A stretch of 64,000 nucleotides of DNA from Gemmatimonadota bacterium (GTDB lineage Bacteria; JBHIER01; G020348925): contig CP070758.1 of assembly GCA_020348925.1 (NCBI GenBank), positions 638,469 to 702,468 of the forward strand. Direction: 5' to 3'. Shown here one piece after another: positions 50,315 to 60,471 of the stretch; position 1 is the first letter of the stretch; every line of letters begins with the position of its first letter. Made by a program: the position numbers and the translations under genes. Under the pieces are notes generated by a model. That model did not search any database. It had not been told where the DNA came from and worked only from the letters and a program-made list of their open reading frames with translations.

Positions 50315-50896
50315 TTACATACTCAGCACCTTATCAGCCTCCGAGAGGATTGAGACAAGCTCGAACATATTTGAGACACGACCGACCTTCACCTTGTCCT
50401 TCAGGTCGAAGAAATCGAGACACGTCCCGCACACCAGAAGCTCCACCCCTTCTCTTTCAATCTCTTGCATGAATTCCAGAACCGGTGACTCCTCCACCGC
50501 CAGCTTCACACCGCTATTCACGAGCACCATCTTATTGGGCTTCTGCTCAATCTCGAGCAAGGTCGGAATGAACGACCGCATGAGGATAGTGCCGAGTTCA
50601 TCAGCCCCTCTGCCTATCGTATTTGACCGCACAAAGACGACCATCTCCTTTTCGGTTTTCTCAGGCATGATCTCACATGCTTCTCTTTTCCTTATGTGAA
50701 TGGTGAAGACTCCTTCCCTCTCTTCAATCTCAGCGTCACAGCCAGCGCTTTGAGCAAACCGGGCCACATTTTCGGATGAGACCCTATTATCCACAAGGAC
50801 ATCGAGGATCCCGCTCTCCATTTGCTCCAGAGCTTTCTTTGTCATCACCACCGGTTGAGGGCAGGACAGACCCCTTGCATCAACCTTCTCCGCCAT
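50315..50896 (-). CDS. yedF: Sulfurtransferase-like selenium metabolism protein YedF (TusA/SirA plus DsrE-like)
   Basis: VDARGLSCPQPVV.TKKAL; IGRGADELG.ILM.SF; CGTCLDFF...VG.VSNM; RBS AAAGGAG. Confidence 0.9.
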   Translation of the reverse strand: MAEKVDARGLSCPQPVVMTKKALEQMESGILDVLVDNRVSSENVARFAQSAGCDAEIEEREGVFTIHIRKREACEIMPEKTEKEMVVFVRSNTIGRGADELGTILMRSFIPTLLEIEQKPNKMVLVNSGVKLAVEESPVLEFMQEIEREGVELLVCGTCLDFFDLKDKVKVGRVSNMFELVSILSEADKVLSM

Positions 50897-51083
50897 TCTC
50901 GGTCTCCTTTCGTCATAACAGAACCTAAGGGATGGGATAAGAGGGGATGAGAAGAGAGTGGAGTGCGCAAGAGTACCCTTCACCGTTCGGTCGTTTTTGA
51001 ACTGTCCGGACTTCTTTCATCTTCCTTGCCCTTCTCACATCCTCTCGAGCCCTCCCGGATCCTCCTGCTTCGCTCACGCCTTC

Positions 51084-51335
51084 TCACACCTTCATACTTT
51101 TTCTCGTTTTTTTCTTCTCATCAATCTGATAAATGCCCTCAATCTCAAGCCTGTTTTTATTGAAGATTTCCTGCACCCGCTCCAGTTCCTCGCATCCGAC
51201 CTGAACGACCATGCCACATTCCGATGAAATTTCGCGGGGCGTGGGTACAAGCGTCAGAGATACATCCTCACTTTTCAGTATCCTCTCAGCCTTCATGACC
51301 CTGTGAATGGAATCGAAAGTGATGACACAATTCAT
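51084..51335 (-). CDS. DUF3343 putative Se/S carrier protein
   Basis: ITFDSIHRVMKAERIL...LVPTPREISSECG. Confidence 0.88.
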   Translation of the reverse strand: MNCVITFDSIHRVMKAERILKSEDVSLTLVPTPREISSECGMVVQVGCEELERVQEIFNKNRLEIEGIYQIDEKKKTRKSMKV

Positions 51336-51486
51336 ATAACTCGTCTTCCGGTTAGGATGAAAAAGCCGGTCTCGTTGATGGGCACCGTTTTGCGGTATTC
51401 TTTGTTTTCGGACGGTACCGTCTCCAGATGAACGATAAGGGCATCGTCAGCGAACCCGTCCCATCCATTCCCCGATGTATTTGAAA

Positions 51487-52638
51487 TTATTTTCTTACAG
51501 TAATCTCATCAAGCGCATTGCAGAGCAAATTGATATCATCTTCGGTATTAAAGGGTCCCAGTGAAATCCGTATCGTGCCTTCAGGGAAGGTGCCGATTGT
51601 CTTGTGGGCTGCGGGTGAGCAATGGAGACCGACACGCAAGGCGATGTCATAATGTGCATCCAGTTCATAGCCAACCTCGGACGGCTCCATCCCATCGATA
51701 GTGATTGAGAGTACGCCTGTTCTGTATCTTGAATCCCCGGTTCCATAAACGGTCACGTCTTCCATGTGAGAGATTGTGTCCAATAAGCTCTCCATCAATT
51801 GTTCCTCGCCGGCTCTGACATTCTCCACACCTTTTTCCAGCAGATAGTTCACAGCCGCTCCCAGCCCGGCAATTCCAATAACATTGAGCGTCCCGCTCTC
51901 ATACCGATCCGGGAGAAAATCAGGCTGGAACTCAAACTCCGAATGAGAGCCGGTGCCACCATAACGGATGGGTCTAAGATCGATACCTTCCCTTATATAA
52001 AGACAGCCTGTGCCCTGGGGGCCGAGGAGCCCCTTGTGTCCGGAAAAGGCCACCACATCGAAGACATCTTTCGTCACGTCCAAAGGCACACAACCTGAGG
52101 TTTGTGCGGCATCGATGAGCATCGGTATCTCAAACTCTCGAGCCATGCGTGACACTTCTGATACAGGGAAGAGTGTTCCGGTAACGTTCGAAGCTGACGT
52201 CATGACGATGAGCTTCGTCTGTAATCCAATATTCCTTTTTACATCATCCGGATCCAGCTCCCCTTTCTGGGAGCACTGAACCGTTTTGATTCTGACGGAC
52301 CTCGTCTGTTCGACATACCGCAAAGGCCGCATGACGGAGTTGTGTTCCATACTGGTCGTGACGACCTCATCGCCCTCATTCAGAATACCCATAATGGCCA
52401 TGTTCAATCCCTCCGTCGCGTTCGATGTGAAAATGACCCTCGAGGAATCCTTGGCGCCGATGAGTTGGGCCACACACTCTCTGGTTTCGAAGACGATTCT
52501 GCTCGCTTCCTGAGCATGGTGATACGCGGAGCGCCCGCTATTGGCCCCAACGTTCAAAAAGTAGTCGCGCATTGCTTCAATGACGCGCTCGGGCTTGGGA
52601 TAGGACGTGGCGGCGTTGTCGAAATAGACGCCCAACAA
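51487..52638 (-). CDS. Cysteine desulfurase / selenocysteine lyase family (class V PLP enzyme)
   Basis: YFDNAATSYPKP, SMEHNSV, DAAQT, FSGHKGLLGPQGTG, catalytic RVGLHCSP; TTG start abuts the LysR stop. Confidence 0.92.
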   Translation of the reverse strand: MLGVYFDNAATSYPKPERVIEAMRDYFLNVGANSGRSAYHHAQEASRIVFETRECVAQLIGAKDSSRVIFTSNATEGLNMAIMGILNEGDEVVTTSMEHNSVMRPLRYVEQTRSVRIKTVQCSQKGELDPDDVKRNIGLQTKLIVMTSASNVTGTLFPVSEVSRMAREFEIPMLIDAAQTSGCVPLDVTKDVFDVVAFSGHKGLLGPQGTGCLYIREGIDLRPIRYGGTGSHSEFEFQPDFLPDRYESGTLNVIGIAGLGAAVNYLLEKGVENVRAGEEQLMESLLDTISHMEDVTVYGTGDSRYRTGVLSITIDGMEPSEVGYELDAHYDIALRVGLHCSPAAHKTIGTFPEGTIRISLGPFNTEDDINLLCNALDEITVRK

Positions 52639-53550
52639 TTATTCTCCCTGCATTGAGATCATGGTCTTTGACGAACAAAAATCCAGAAAAACCTGTGTCG
52701 CCCTGGAAAGAGGCCATCCTTTGTGAAATACAAGGTAGAAATGTCGCTGAATATCAAGTCCTCTCACCGGTACTTCGCTGATGAGTCCCAGTTTCCTCTC
52801 CCTTTGGATAGCCCACTGGGAGAGAAAGGAGATACCCAACCCGGCCACCACACCGTTTTTGACCGCCTCCGTGCTTCCCAGCTCCATAGCCACATTCAGA
52901 TCTCTCCACTTGAATCCCTTTTTCTCCAGCACTTTTTGCACAGTCCCTCGTGTCCCGGATCCCTCTTCTCGCACAAGAATGTGCTCTTTCTTCAGAATAT
53001 CCAACGTTACGTGACGCTTTTTCGCCAGATGGGAATGTGCAGGGACAACAAGAACAATGTTATCCTCTGCCAAAGGTTCGAAATTCAGTCTTTTGTCCTG
53101 GATCTTTTCACCGACCAGACCAATCTCCAACTGACCATCCATAACGCGCTCGATCACCTCCCTGGTATCTGATATGCTTATAGAGACCCGTACATCAGGA
53201 TATTCCCGCTTGAAATCTGACAGCAGTTCAGGCAGGATGTATGTCCCCGGGATGGTGCTCGCGCCAAGGACAACATCTCCGCGCATCAGTCCACCGAATT
53301 CGTCCAGAGCCTCCTTCGTCTTGTCAGCAAGCTTTAATATACGCTGCGCATATCGATAGAGGATCTCCCCACTTTCTGTAGGAGTGATTTCCCTGCCCTT
53401 GCGAATGAACAGCTGCGTCCCGTAGTATTTTTCCAGTTCGGCCACTTGCGCGCTGATGGACGGCTGGGTTCGATGGACCACACCCGTCGCCTTGGTGAAG
53501 CTTCTCTTTTCGTACACGACACAGAACGTTTTCAGATTCCACAGGTTCAT
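52639..53550 (-). CDS. LysR-family regulator (selenium-metabolism-associated type by context)
   Basis: SFTKA...TQPSISAQVAELE...LFIR.GR HTH; LGASTIPGTYILP; REEGSGTR; ELGSTEAVK. Confidence 0.92.
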   Translation of the reverse strand: MNLWNLKTFCVVYEKRSFTKATGVVHRTQPSISAQVAELEKYYGTQLFIRKGREITPTESGEILYRYAQRILKLADKTKEALDEFGGLMRGDVVLGASTIPGTYILPELLSDFKREYPDVRVSISISDTREVIERVMDGQLEIGLVGEKIQDKRLNFEPLAEDNIVLVVPAHSHLAKKRHVTLDILKKEHILVREEGSGTRGTVQKVLEKKGFKWRDLNVAMELGSTEAVKNGVVAGLGISFLSQWAIQRERKLGLISEVPVRGLDIQRHFYLVFHKGWPLSRATQVFLDFCSSKTMISMQGE

Positions 53551-54033
53551 AGGACTCCTCCGCGAAAGGAAGCACGGTTGATTCCGAAAATGGAATGCTG
53601 CCTTCTGACAGGCACCGCGTTCTATCCGTTCTCAGAATAGTGCTGGATCCCGCTCATTGCAGGTTTTCGTATAATATATAAATATATTCGATAAATCAAA
53701 TAGATTATTTCAATGATTGTTCCGCCAAGAGGGGCGAAATGCCGGGAGTATTTTTGGACGTGAGACCGTATTGGAGTCCGGCGGGGATAGACCATCACCT
53801 CTCATTCCATGGATCCTGAACGATGCGCCACAGAGGCATCGAGAGACACAGGGACATCCAGGGATAGGCTGACGGTGATAATGCCCGTATCGGTTACGGC
53901 ACACGGTAACGTCGATAAAAGACGAAGGACGACACCGGGCGACGAAACGGGTACCGTCATCCTAACCGGCAAATTTTGTTGTGCAGCTTCGCTGCGCTGC
54001 CGAATCAGGCGATGGAGTATGGTGGAGGCAGAT

Positions 54034-54717
54034 TTAATGGAGCAGGGCGTACGTGACGATATTGATGCCCATGCGGAAGGCTTCTTCCCGTTTTTCGGGA
54101 GGATCGTTGTGAACCTCAGGATCGGCCCAACCGTCGCTGATATTGCTCTCATACGTATAGTAGACGATCAGTCGTCCCTCATGGAAGATTCCAAAAGCCT
54201 GGGGAGCCTTGGCATCATGTTCGTGAATTTTGGGAACCCCTCTGGGAAAGTCGTAATCGATGTGATATATAGGGTGGTTTGATGGAAGTTCCACCAACTC
54301 CTTATCGGGAAAAACCCTTTTCATCTCCCGGCGAAAGGCCTTGTCCATGCCGTAATCGTCATCGGCATAGAGGAAGCCGCCGTGGGTCAGATAGAGACGC
54401 AGCCGCTGGATCTCCTCCTCCGAGAACTTGATCTCACCATGACCCGTCATGAAGAGAAAAGGATAGGCGAAGAGCTCGGGATCCATAATCTCAACCACGG
54501 CCTGATGTCTTTGAACGGCAATATTGGTCCTCTCTCCAATCTTTCTGAGCAGATTATGGATGCTCGACGGATCATTGTACCAGTCCCCCCCTCCGCGATA
54601 GTGGAGACGGGCAATGGTAAAATCCGGATTCGAGGTGTCGTTCTGGGCGAAGAGATGACTCCCCGCAGCCGATAACAGAAAGCACGCGAGCAGCAAAATC
54701 ATCGGTGCTGTCTTCAT
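54034..54717 (-). CDS. DUF4159 domain secreted protein
   Basis: IARLHYRGGGDWYNDP, YPFLFMTGHG, GGFLYADDDYG, AFRMGINIVTYAL. Confidence 0.88.
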   Translation of the reverse strand: MKTAPMILLLACFLLSAAGSHLFAQNDTSNPDFTIARLHYRGGGDWYNDPSSIHNLLRKIGERTNIAVQRHQAVVEIMDPELFAYPFLFMTGHGEIKFSEEEIQRLRLYLTHGGFLYADDDYGMDKAFRREMKRVFPDKELVELPSNHPIYHIDYDFPRGVPKIHEHDAKAPQAFGIFHEGRLIVYYTYESNISDGWADPEVHNDPPEKREEAFRMGINIVTYALLH

Positions 54718-54894
54718 TACGTGTCCCTCCTTGACGCCTTAATCATATTCATATAGCAAGTGTATCCATCCCTGCATCACATTTTAGACTTTTCACTTTT
54801 CGGTTTGTACTGGCCATTTTTCTCTTAAGAACCTCTGGCGAACCACAATGAATAACGTTTGAAGATGTCATATGTTTCTGAATCTCTGTTTCAC

Positions 54895-57800
54895 TTATTC
54901 TCCACCTGGGTAAGGCGGCCAGTGCGGTGGGCGCTCCGGCAGTTTCTTCGGATCCTCCCTGATCGCCTCCAGGACGAGCTCAATGGCTTTCTCCAGTTGC
55001 GGATCCCGCCCCTGAACCACAAGGTCAGGTCTGTTATCGACTTCAACGGTGGGCACTGCACCGTGGTTCTCCATCAACCACTTCGACTCCGTGCTGAAAA
55101 GGGAGAACTCAGACGCAATGGCATATCCTCCGTCCAGAAGCAGGTTTGGACCGCGGTATCCCCGCACCCCTCCCCAGGTCCGTTTCCCGATGACCGGGCC
55201 AAGATCGTTTTTCTTGAAAAAGTATGTGAAGTAATCCCCGTCGGAAGCGGCATATTCGTTCGTCACGCAGGCCATGTGACCGTGGAAGACGACCTCCGGA
55301 TAGGTCCAGTCACCGGCATTTCGCGATGAGCTCATCCCCAGCACAACCCGCCGCAATCGCTCCAAGAGCATCTGATCGATGAATCCGCCCCCGTTGTACC
55401 GGACATCGATGATCAACCCCTGCTTGCGGACCTGGGGATAGTACTGTCTGATGAATTCGTTCATACCGTCAGTCCCCATGTCAGGGAGATACATATATCC
55501 CACTCTGCCGTCCGTAGCTTCACTCACTTTGCGGAGATTCGTATTGACCATATCAAGGTAGCGGAGATTGAACTCACTGCCGATCGGTGTGACCGTTACT
55601 TCCCTCGAGCCGCTCTCTTCGGGCTTCGTATGAACCGTTAAGGTCACGCTCTTGTCTACCGTGTTCTCGAAGAGGCTGTATGGGCTCGTCGGCCCGCGCA
55701 ACGGTCGTCCATTCACAGCCAAGAGATACTCCCCCTCCTTCACATCGACACCCGGCTCCGTTAAGGGTGAACGATAGCCACTTCGCCAGTTCTCGCCGGG
55801 GTAGATCTTTTTGATGCGGTACCGACCGGAATCCACATCCAGCTCGAAGTCGACCCCCAAGTAACCGTAACTCACTTTGTCGAATTCGGGCATCTCACCA
55901 CCACCTACATAGGTATGGGAGTTGCTCAATTCACCAAAAACCTCACCAATAAGAAAGGTGAGATCAAAGCGATGGGCCAGGTGGGGAACGAGAGCTGCGT
56001 ATTTCTCACGGATCGCGATCCAATCCAGACCGTGCATGTTGGGATCGTAAAAGTAGTCGCGTTGATACCGCCAGGCTTCGTCGAACATCTGCCGCCACTC
56101 TTCGGCATAATCCACTTTTATCTTCATATCACTCAGACTTAAGGATCCATCGCCGACTTTGACCTCCCCGGCCTTGGCCTCGATGATGCCATAGGTCTCA
56201 CCACTTTTGTAAATAATTTTCTCGCCATCCGGGGAGAGGCTGTAGCCGTCGCAGGGGGAGAGTACCACGTCGTCCTTTCGCTTCTTCAGATCGTACACAT
56301 GCAGGGTCGGTTCTTCGCCGGGCTCTGTGCCTGAGAGACCCCCGGTCGGACGTGCCACATAGAGGATCTTGCCCTTCGCCGCACGCAGTTCTCCAAGATT
56401 GCCTCTATCGACAGGGACACCTACGACACGATCCTGAATACCCTCGATGTCGATCTTGAAGGGGACTGCTTTCTCCTTCACTTTTTCCGCCTTCTCCTTT
56501 TCCTCCCCTTTGTCGTCCTTTATCACGGCTTCGTCACTTTCAGGCGCAAAGGGGGACAACGTGTCCGCCTGCAAGGTGACGACGTAAATTCCTGTAGACT
56601 TGCTCACGGTGAAACTGAAATCGACATCTCCAAGCACGGCGTTGAAATTCCTGTCGGACAGGAAATAGAGGTATTTGCCGTCAGGATCGAAAACCGGATC
56701 CCGGTCGTCAGTAAAATCGCTCGTCACGCGATAGCTCCTCCTGTCCTCCAAATTATAGAGATAGATCGAGTAATACACGTTCTCGGCAGGCTTGGCATAG
56801 GTCACCCATTTGCTGTCCGGGGACCAATCGTAATCCCTGATCTCCCAGTATAGAGTGCTATCGATGAGGCTGACTTTCCTGCTCTCTATATCGGCATAGT
56901 AAAGCTTCAGATTCTTGTCGGCGAAGAGGAGCTTTGTATTGTCCGGAGACCATACGGGATGAAACCGAAAACAATGACCGTCGGTAGTGATCCGCACCGC
57001 CTCACCTTTTCCATCGTGCGGTATCATATAAATCTCATCCTCGCCTGTTTTATCGGAGACGCACGCGATCCATTTGCCGTCCGGTGACCAGGTCGCATAT
57101 TTTTCTCGAACACCCGGTGTTCGAGTAAGATTTCGAGTAGTCCCCTTCTCCGCCGGAAGAGTGAACACATCGCCCCTGGCAACGAGCAGCGCTCGTTTTC
57201 CGCCGGTTGACAGACTGTATTCAGTAACAAATTTACTCCCGTCAACCCATCTCGGCTGGGCATGGATTCGGTCTCCGGGCAATGCTACGGAGACCTTGCG
57301 GACCTGCTCAGTATTCAAATCAAGAAGGTACAGAGAGCCTCCTTTTTCGAAGACGATGTGATCGGTCCCAAGGCTGGGCCAGAGCACGTCGAAGTCATCG
57401 AAATCAGTGATCTGCCGCGTCGTCTCTGACGTCAGATCGAAGGCGTAAATATTCAATCGGCTGTTCCCACCTCTGTCAGATGTGAAATAGATGGTATTAT
57501 CGTGCCACATCGGCGAAGTATCGGTCCCCTCGTAATCGGTCATCTGTTTGATCGTATTTTCCCCAAAATCGTACAGCCAGATATCCTGGGCCATGCCGCC
57601 CTTGTACCGCTTCCAGGTGCGGAAGTTTCTGAAGATGCGGTTATAGGCGATCCGCTTTCCATCCGGTGAGAAGGACGTCAAACCGCCCTTGAGCAGAGGG
57701 AGCTTTTCCGATAACCCGCCTCCGGCATCGATCTTAAAAAGTTGACCGAACCAGTCGTTGAAGGTGGTTCGACGGGAAAGACAGAGGATGGCTTTTCCAT

Positions 57801-58191
57801 CCGGATACCAGTCGATGACTTGATTGTTGGGCCCCATTCGCTCCGAAACCTTGATGGGGTCCGGCTCGAAGGTGAGCTGTTGTGGCACACCACCATCGGC
57901 CGGCACGGTGAACACGTTGTAATGACCGTCGTACTGGCCGGTAAAGGCAACGGTTTGCCCATCGGGTGAGTATTTGGGGAACATCTCGTATCCGGGATGC
58001 GTGGTAAGTTTTCTGGCTATGCCGCCTTCGGTGGGGACGGTCCACAGGTCACCACCGTAGACAAAGACAATGTTATCGCCGAAAGCATCCGGAAAGCGCA
58101 GCAACCGGCCTTCCTCAGCGATGACCGGCAGGGCCAGGGAAATACCGCACAGCATCACGGCAATGAGCACGCTCACACGTCGAAACAGCAT
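54895..58191 (-). CDS. Tricorn-type protease (S41 family; beta-propellers, PDZ, catalytic domain) with signal peptide
   Basis: LLRFPD...IVFVYGGDLW; WSPDG repeats; IIDVRYNGGG; AASDGD (catalytic Ser); IGKRTWGG; DPQLEKAI. Confidence 0.95.
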   Translation of the reverse strand: MLFRRVSVLIAVMLCGISLALPVIAEEGRLLRFPDAFGDNIVFVYGGDLWTVPTEGGIARKLTTHPGYEMFPKYSPDGQTVAFTGQYDGHYNVFTVPADGGVPQQLTFEPDPIKVSERMGPNNQVIDWYPDGKAILCLSRRTTFNDWFGQLFKIDAGGGLSEKLPLLKGGLTSFSPDGKRIAYNRIFRNFRTWKRYKGGMAQDIWLYDFGENTIKQMTDYEGTDTSPMWHDNTIYFTSDRGGNSRLNIYAFDLTSETTRQITDFDDFDVLWPSLGTDHIVFEKGGSLYLLDLNTEQVRKVSVALPGDRIHAQPRWVDGSKFVTEYSLSTGGKRALLVARGDVFTLPAEKGTTRNLTRTPGVREKYATWSPDGKWIACVSDKTGEDEIYMIPHDGKGEAVRITTDGHCFRFHPVWSPDNTKLLFADKNLKLYYADIESRKVSLIDSTLYWEIRDYDWSPDSKWVTYAKPAENVYYSIYLYNLEDRRSYRVTSDFTDDRDPVFDPDGKYLYFLSDRNFNAVLGDVDFSFTVSKSTGIYVVTLQADTLSPFAPESDEAVIKDDKGEEKEKAEKVKEKAVPFKIDIEGIQDRVVGVPVDRGNLGELRAAKGKILYVARPTGGLSGTEPGEEPTLHVYDLKKRKDDVVLSPCDGYSLSPDGEKIIYKSGETYGIIEAKAGEVKVGDGSLSLSDMKIKVDYAEEWRQMFDEAWRYQRDYFYDPNMHGLDWIAIREKYAALVPHLAHRFDLTFLIGEVFGELSNSHTYVGGGEMPEFDKVSYGYLGVDFELDVDSGRYRIKKIYPGENWRSGYRSPLTEPGVDVKEGEYLLAVNGRPLRGPTSPYSLFENTVDKSVTLTVHTKPEESGSREVTVTPIGSEFNLRYLDMVNTNLRKVSEATDGRVGYMYLPDMGTDGMNEFIRQYYPQVRKQGLIIDVRYNGGGFIDQMLLERLRRVVLGMSSSRNAGDWTYPEVVFHGHMACVTNEYAASDGDYFTYFFKKNDLGPVIGKRTWGGVRGYRGPNLLLDGGYAIASEFSLFSTESKWLMENHGAVPTVEVDNRPDLVVQGRDPQLEKAIELVLEAIREDPKKLPERPPHWPPYPGGE

Positions 58192-58538
58192 AAGAAAAAC
58201 CTCCTTAGAGACGAGTAAGAAAACCGTTTCACGTCAAAGTACCACGTGTCCGAAAGGTCTTTCATGAATAAGCATAACAGCTTAGGATTATTAAATATAC
58301 ATTTATTTTGCACCGGTGCAAGGATTTTCAAGAACGATTTTACCGCAACGAACGTGCCACTTCCTTTGCGGGCATACGATTCGGGTATCGAAATTATCGA
58401 TGGGGATTGTGCTCGGTCTTTGGCCTGGATAATTCATAAAACCACTGGAAACTCGACACAACATGAATACATTTATGGAATTATAATGAACACTGGTGTT
58501 GAACTTTTTTCGGTAGTATCGCCCACAATTGTATACTC

Positions 58539-58625
58539 TGTCATTCCGGGTTTATCCCGGAATCTCCTGAACAGAGAATCCGTTGCATCAATCGAGGAGA
58601 TTCCGGCATTCCAGCCGGGATGACA
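58539..58625. repeat. REP-like double-hairpin element, copy 2 (inverted relative to 18019-18103)
   Basis: TGTCATTCCGGGTTTATCCCGGAATCTCC...GGAGATTCCGGCATTCCAGCCGGGATGACA. Confidence 0.8.
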
Positions 58626-58811
58626 GCTCATGAATAAACCAGGTTGGAAAATAGTCGGTAAATGTCTCTTGATTTGCAGTGTTTTTGACATTATTATTGT
58701 AAAGGCCTGACTCGTCAAGGCAACTGCATATCCTGAAAATGTATGATGAGGTAAAATCCCAACATCCTGATCGGTTGTTAGAGATCATTCATTTCTCAAA
58801 AGGAGGGACTG

Positions 58812-60221
58812 ATGAGGAAGCTTTTGCACACGCTCACACTGGTCTATCTTCTCTGTGTCGTCTTCATCTCTGAAGCAGACGGCCAATCCGTCGGCAAGGG
58901 AGGTATTACCCCGGCCATGATCAAGGAGATGCGAAAGTCCTTTCAATTGGACAACGCCACCAGGTCGGCCATGAATGCCTTGGCAAAAAACGACATCAAG
59001 GATCTCGCTCTGAACAGAGAGGCGCTGATCACATCGGACCACTTTTTCTCCCACAAAATCAAGTCGGGTGACATCACCAACCAGAAGAGCAGCGGCCGAT
59101 GCTGGCTCTTCGCCGGGCTGAACATGATGCGCCCGAAAATTATCGAGAAGTACAATCTGAAGGATTTCGATTTCTCAGAGAACTACCTCTTCTTCTGGGA
59201 TAAACTGGAAAAGGCCAATTTCTTTCTCGAATCGATAATCGAGACCAGAAAGAAAGACATTTACGATCGTGAAGTGGAGTGGCTTTTACAACACCCCTGT
59301 CCGGATGGCGGCTGGTGGCATTTTGTCGTCGAACTGGTCAACAAGTATGGCGCCGTGCCGGAGAGCGCCATGCCTGAGACGAACAGCAGCGGCAAAACGG
59401 GAATGATGAACCGGCTCATCGATCGCAAGCTGCGCCAGGATGCCGTCGTTCTCCGCAGGATGACTGAGGAGGGGAGAAACGAGACAGCGCTTCGAAGTAG
59501 GAAAGAGGAGATGCTTCACGAAATCTATCGGATGCTGGCCATGAATCTCGGCGTGCCGCCGACGGAGTTTCAGTGGCGCTACGAGACGGAAGACGATTCT
59601 GTGAGCCAAGCCATAACTTTTACGCCCCAGGACTTCTACAGCGATGTCGTGGGCATCAACCTCGATGATTACATCTGTATTTTCAGCTGTCCCAGCAGGG
59701 ATTTTGAAAAGCTGTATCAGATCAGGTTCGACCGTGATATGTTCGACAAGCAAGATTTTACCTTCATCAATCTGGGCATTGATAAGCTGAAGGAGTATAC
59801 TCTGGCGTCCGTCTTGGACGACGAGCCGGTGTGGTTTGCCTGTGATGTGGGCAAGGAAGATTATGTGGATGGCGGTATCTTTGCTCCTGGCATCTACGAC
59901 TATGGGGCCCTGTACGGGATTGACATCAAGCTGACCAAAGAGGAACGAATCGTCTATCGCGAGAGTACGCCCAATCATGCTATGGTCATCACCGGACTTG
60001 ACATGTCTGAGGACAAGCCGGTGAAGTGGCTCGTGGAGAACAGCTGGGGGGATGAGCGGGGCAAGGATGGCTACTGGGCCATGAGGGACGAGTGGTTCGA
60101 CGAATACGTCTACGGTACCATCTTGCACAAGAAATATGTACCTCAACGTGTTGCGGATATTCTTACAACCGAGCCCACCGTCCTCCCACCGTGGGATCCT
60201 ATGTATGCCTTTACGCGGTGA
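58812..60221 (+). CDS. pepC: Aminopeptidase C / bleomycin hydrolase (C1B) with signal peptide
   Basis: NQKSSGRCWLFA, FWDKLEKAN, NHAM, ENSWG, LPPWDPM. Confidence 0.94.
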   Translation: MRKLLHTLTLVYLLCVVFISEADGQSVGKGGITPAMIKEMRKSFQLDNATRSAMNALAKNDIKDLALNREALITSDHFFSHKIKSGDITNQKSSGRCWLFAGLNMMRPKIIEKYNLKDFDFSENYLFFWDKLEKANFFLESIIETRKKDIYDREVEWLLQHPCPDGGWWHFVVELVNKYGAVPESAMPETNSSGKTGMMNRLIDRKLRQDAVVLRRMTEEGRNETALRSRKEEMLHEIYRMLAMNLGVPPTEFQWRYETEDDSVSQAITFTPQDFYSDVVGINLDDYICIFSCPSRDFEKLYQIRFDRDMFDKQDFTFINLGIDKLKEYTLASVLDDEPVWFACDVGKEDYVDGGIFAPGIYDYGALYGIDIKLTKEERIVYRESTPNHAMVITGLDMSEDKPVKWLVENSWGDERGKDGYWAMRDEWFDEYVYGTILHKKYVPQRVADILTTEPTVLPPWDPMYAFTR

Positions 60222-60252
60222 CGCTTGATTCTTTGAACTGTTCTCATCATAG

Positions 60253-60292
60253 AACGCCCCGGAGTCGAAGAGACGCCGGAGCGTTTTCTTTT
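60253..60292 (+). terminator. Intrinsic terminator after pepC
   Basis: AACGC-CCCGG-AGTC...GAC-GCCGG-AGCGTT followed by TTCTTTT. Confidence 0.7.
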
Positions 60293-60471
60293 CACATCGG
60301 ACCTTGGGATCCTTCGAGAAGCTCAAGGCATGCTTGGCTCAGACATGCTTTTTGACTTCTTGGATTGCTGCGCTCCGATCTCCTATCTCCCATTCTTTGC
60401 CTCAGGATATTTCTCTCTCCCGCTGACCCTCTGCACTCTTCTCTCACGGACCTTTCCACACTGGAATCCTG

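Noticed and set aside
50897-51083. Possible tRNA-Sec in the selenium cluster intergenic region
   Set aside because: No cloverleaf, TCA anticodon loop or T-arm found; only purine-rich and pyrimidine-rich tracts that can form a loose hairpin.
53710-54030. Short ORFs between LysR and the DUF4159 gene
   Set aside because: Overlapping frames on both strands with no RBS or recognisable motif; cannot be supported.
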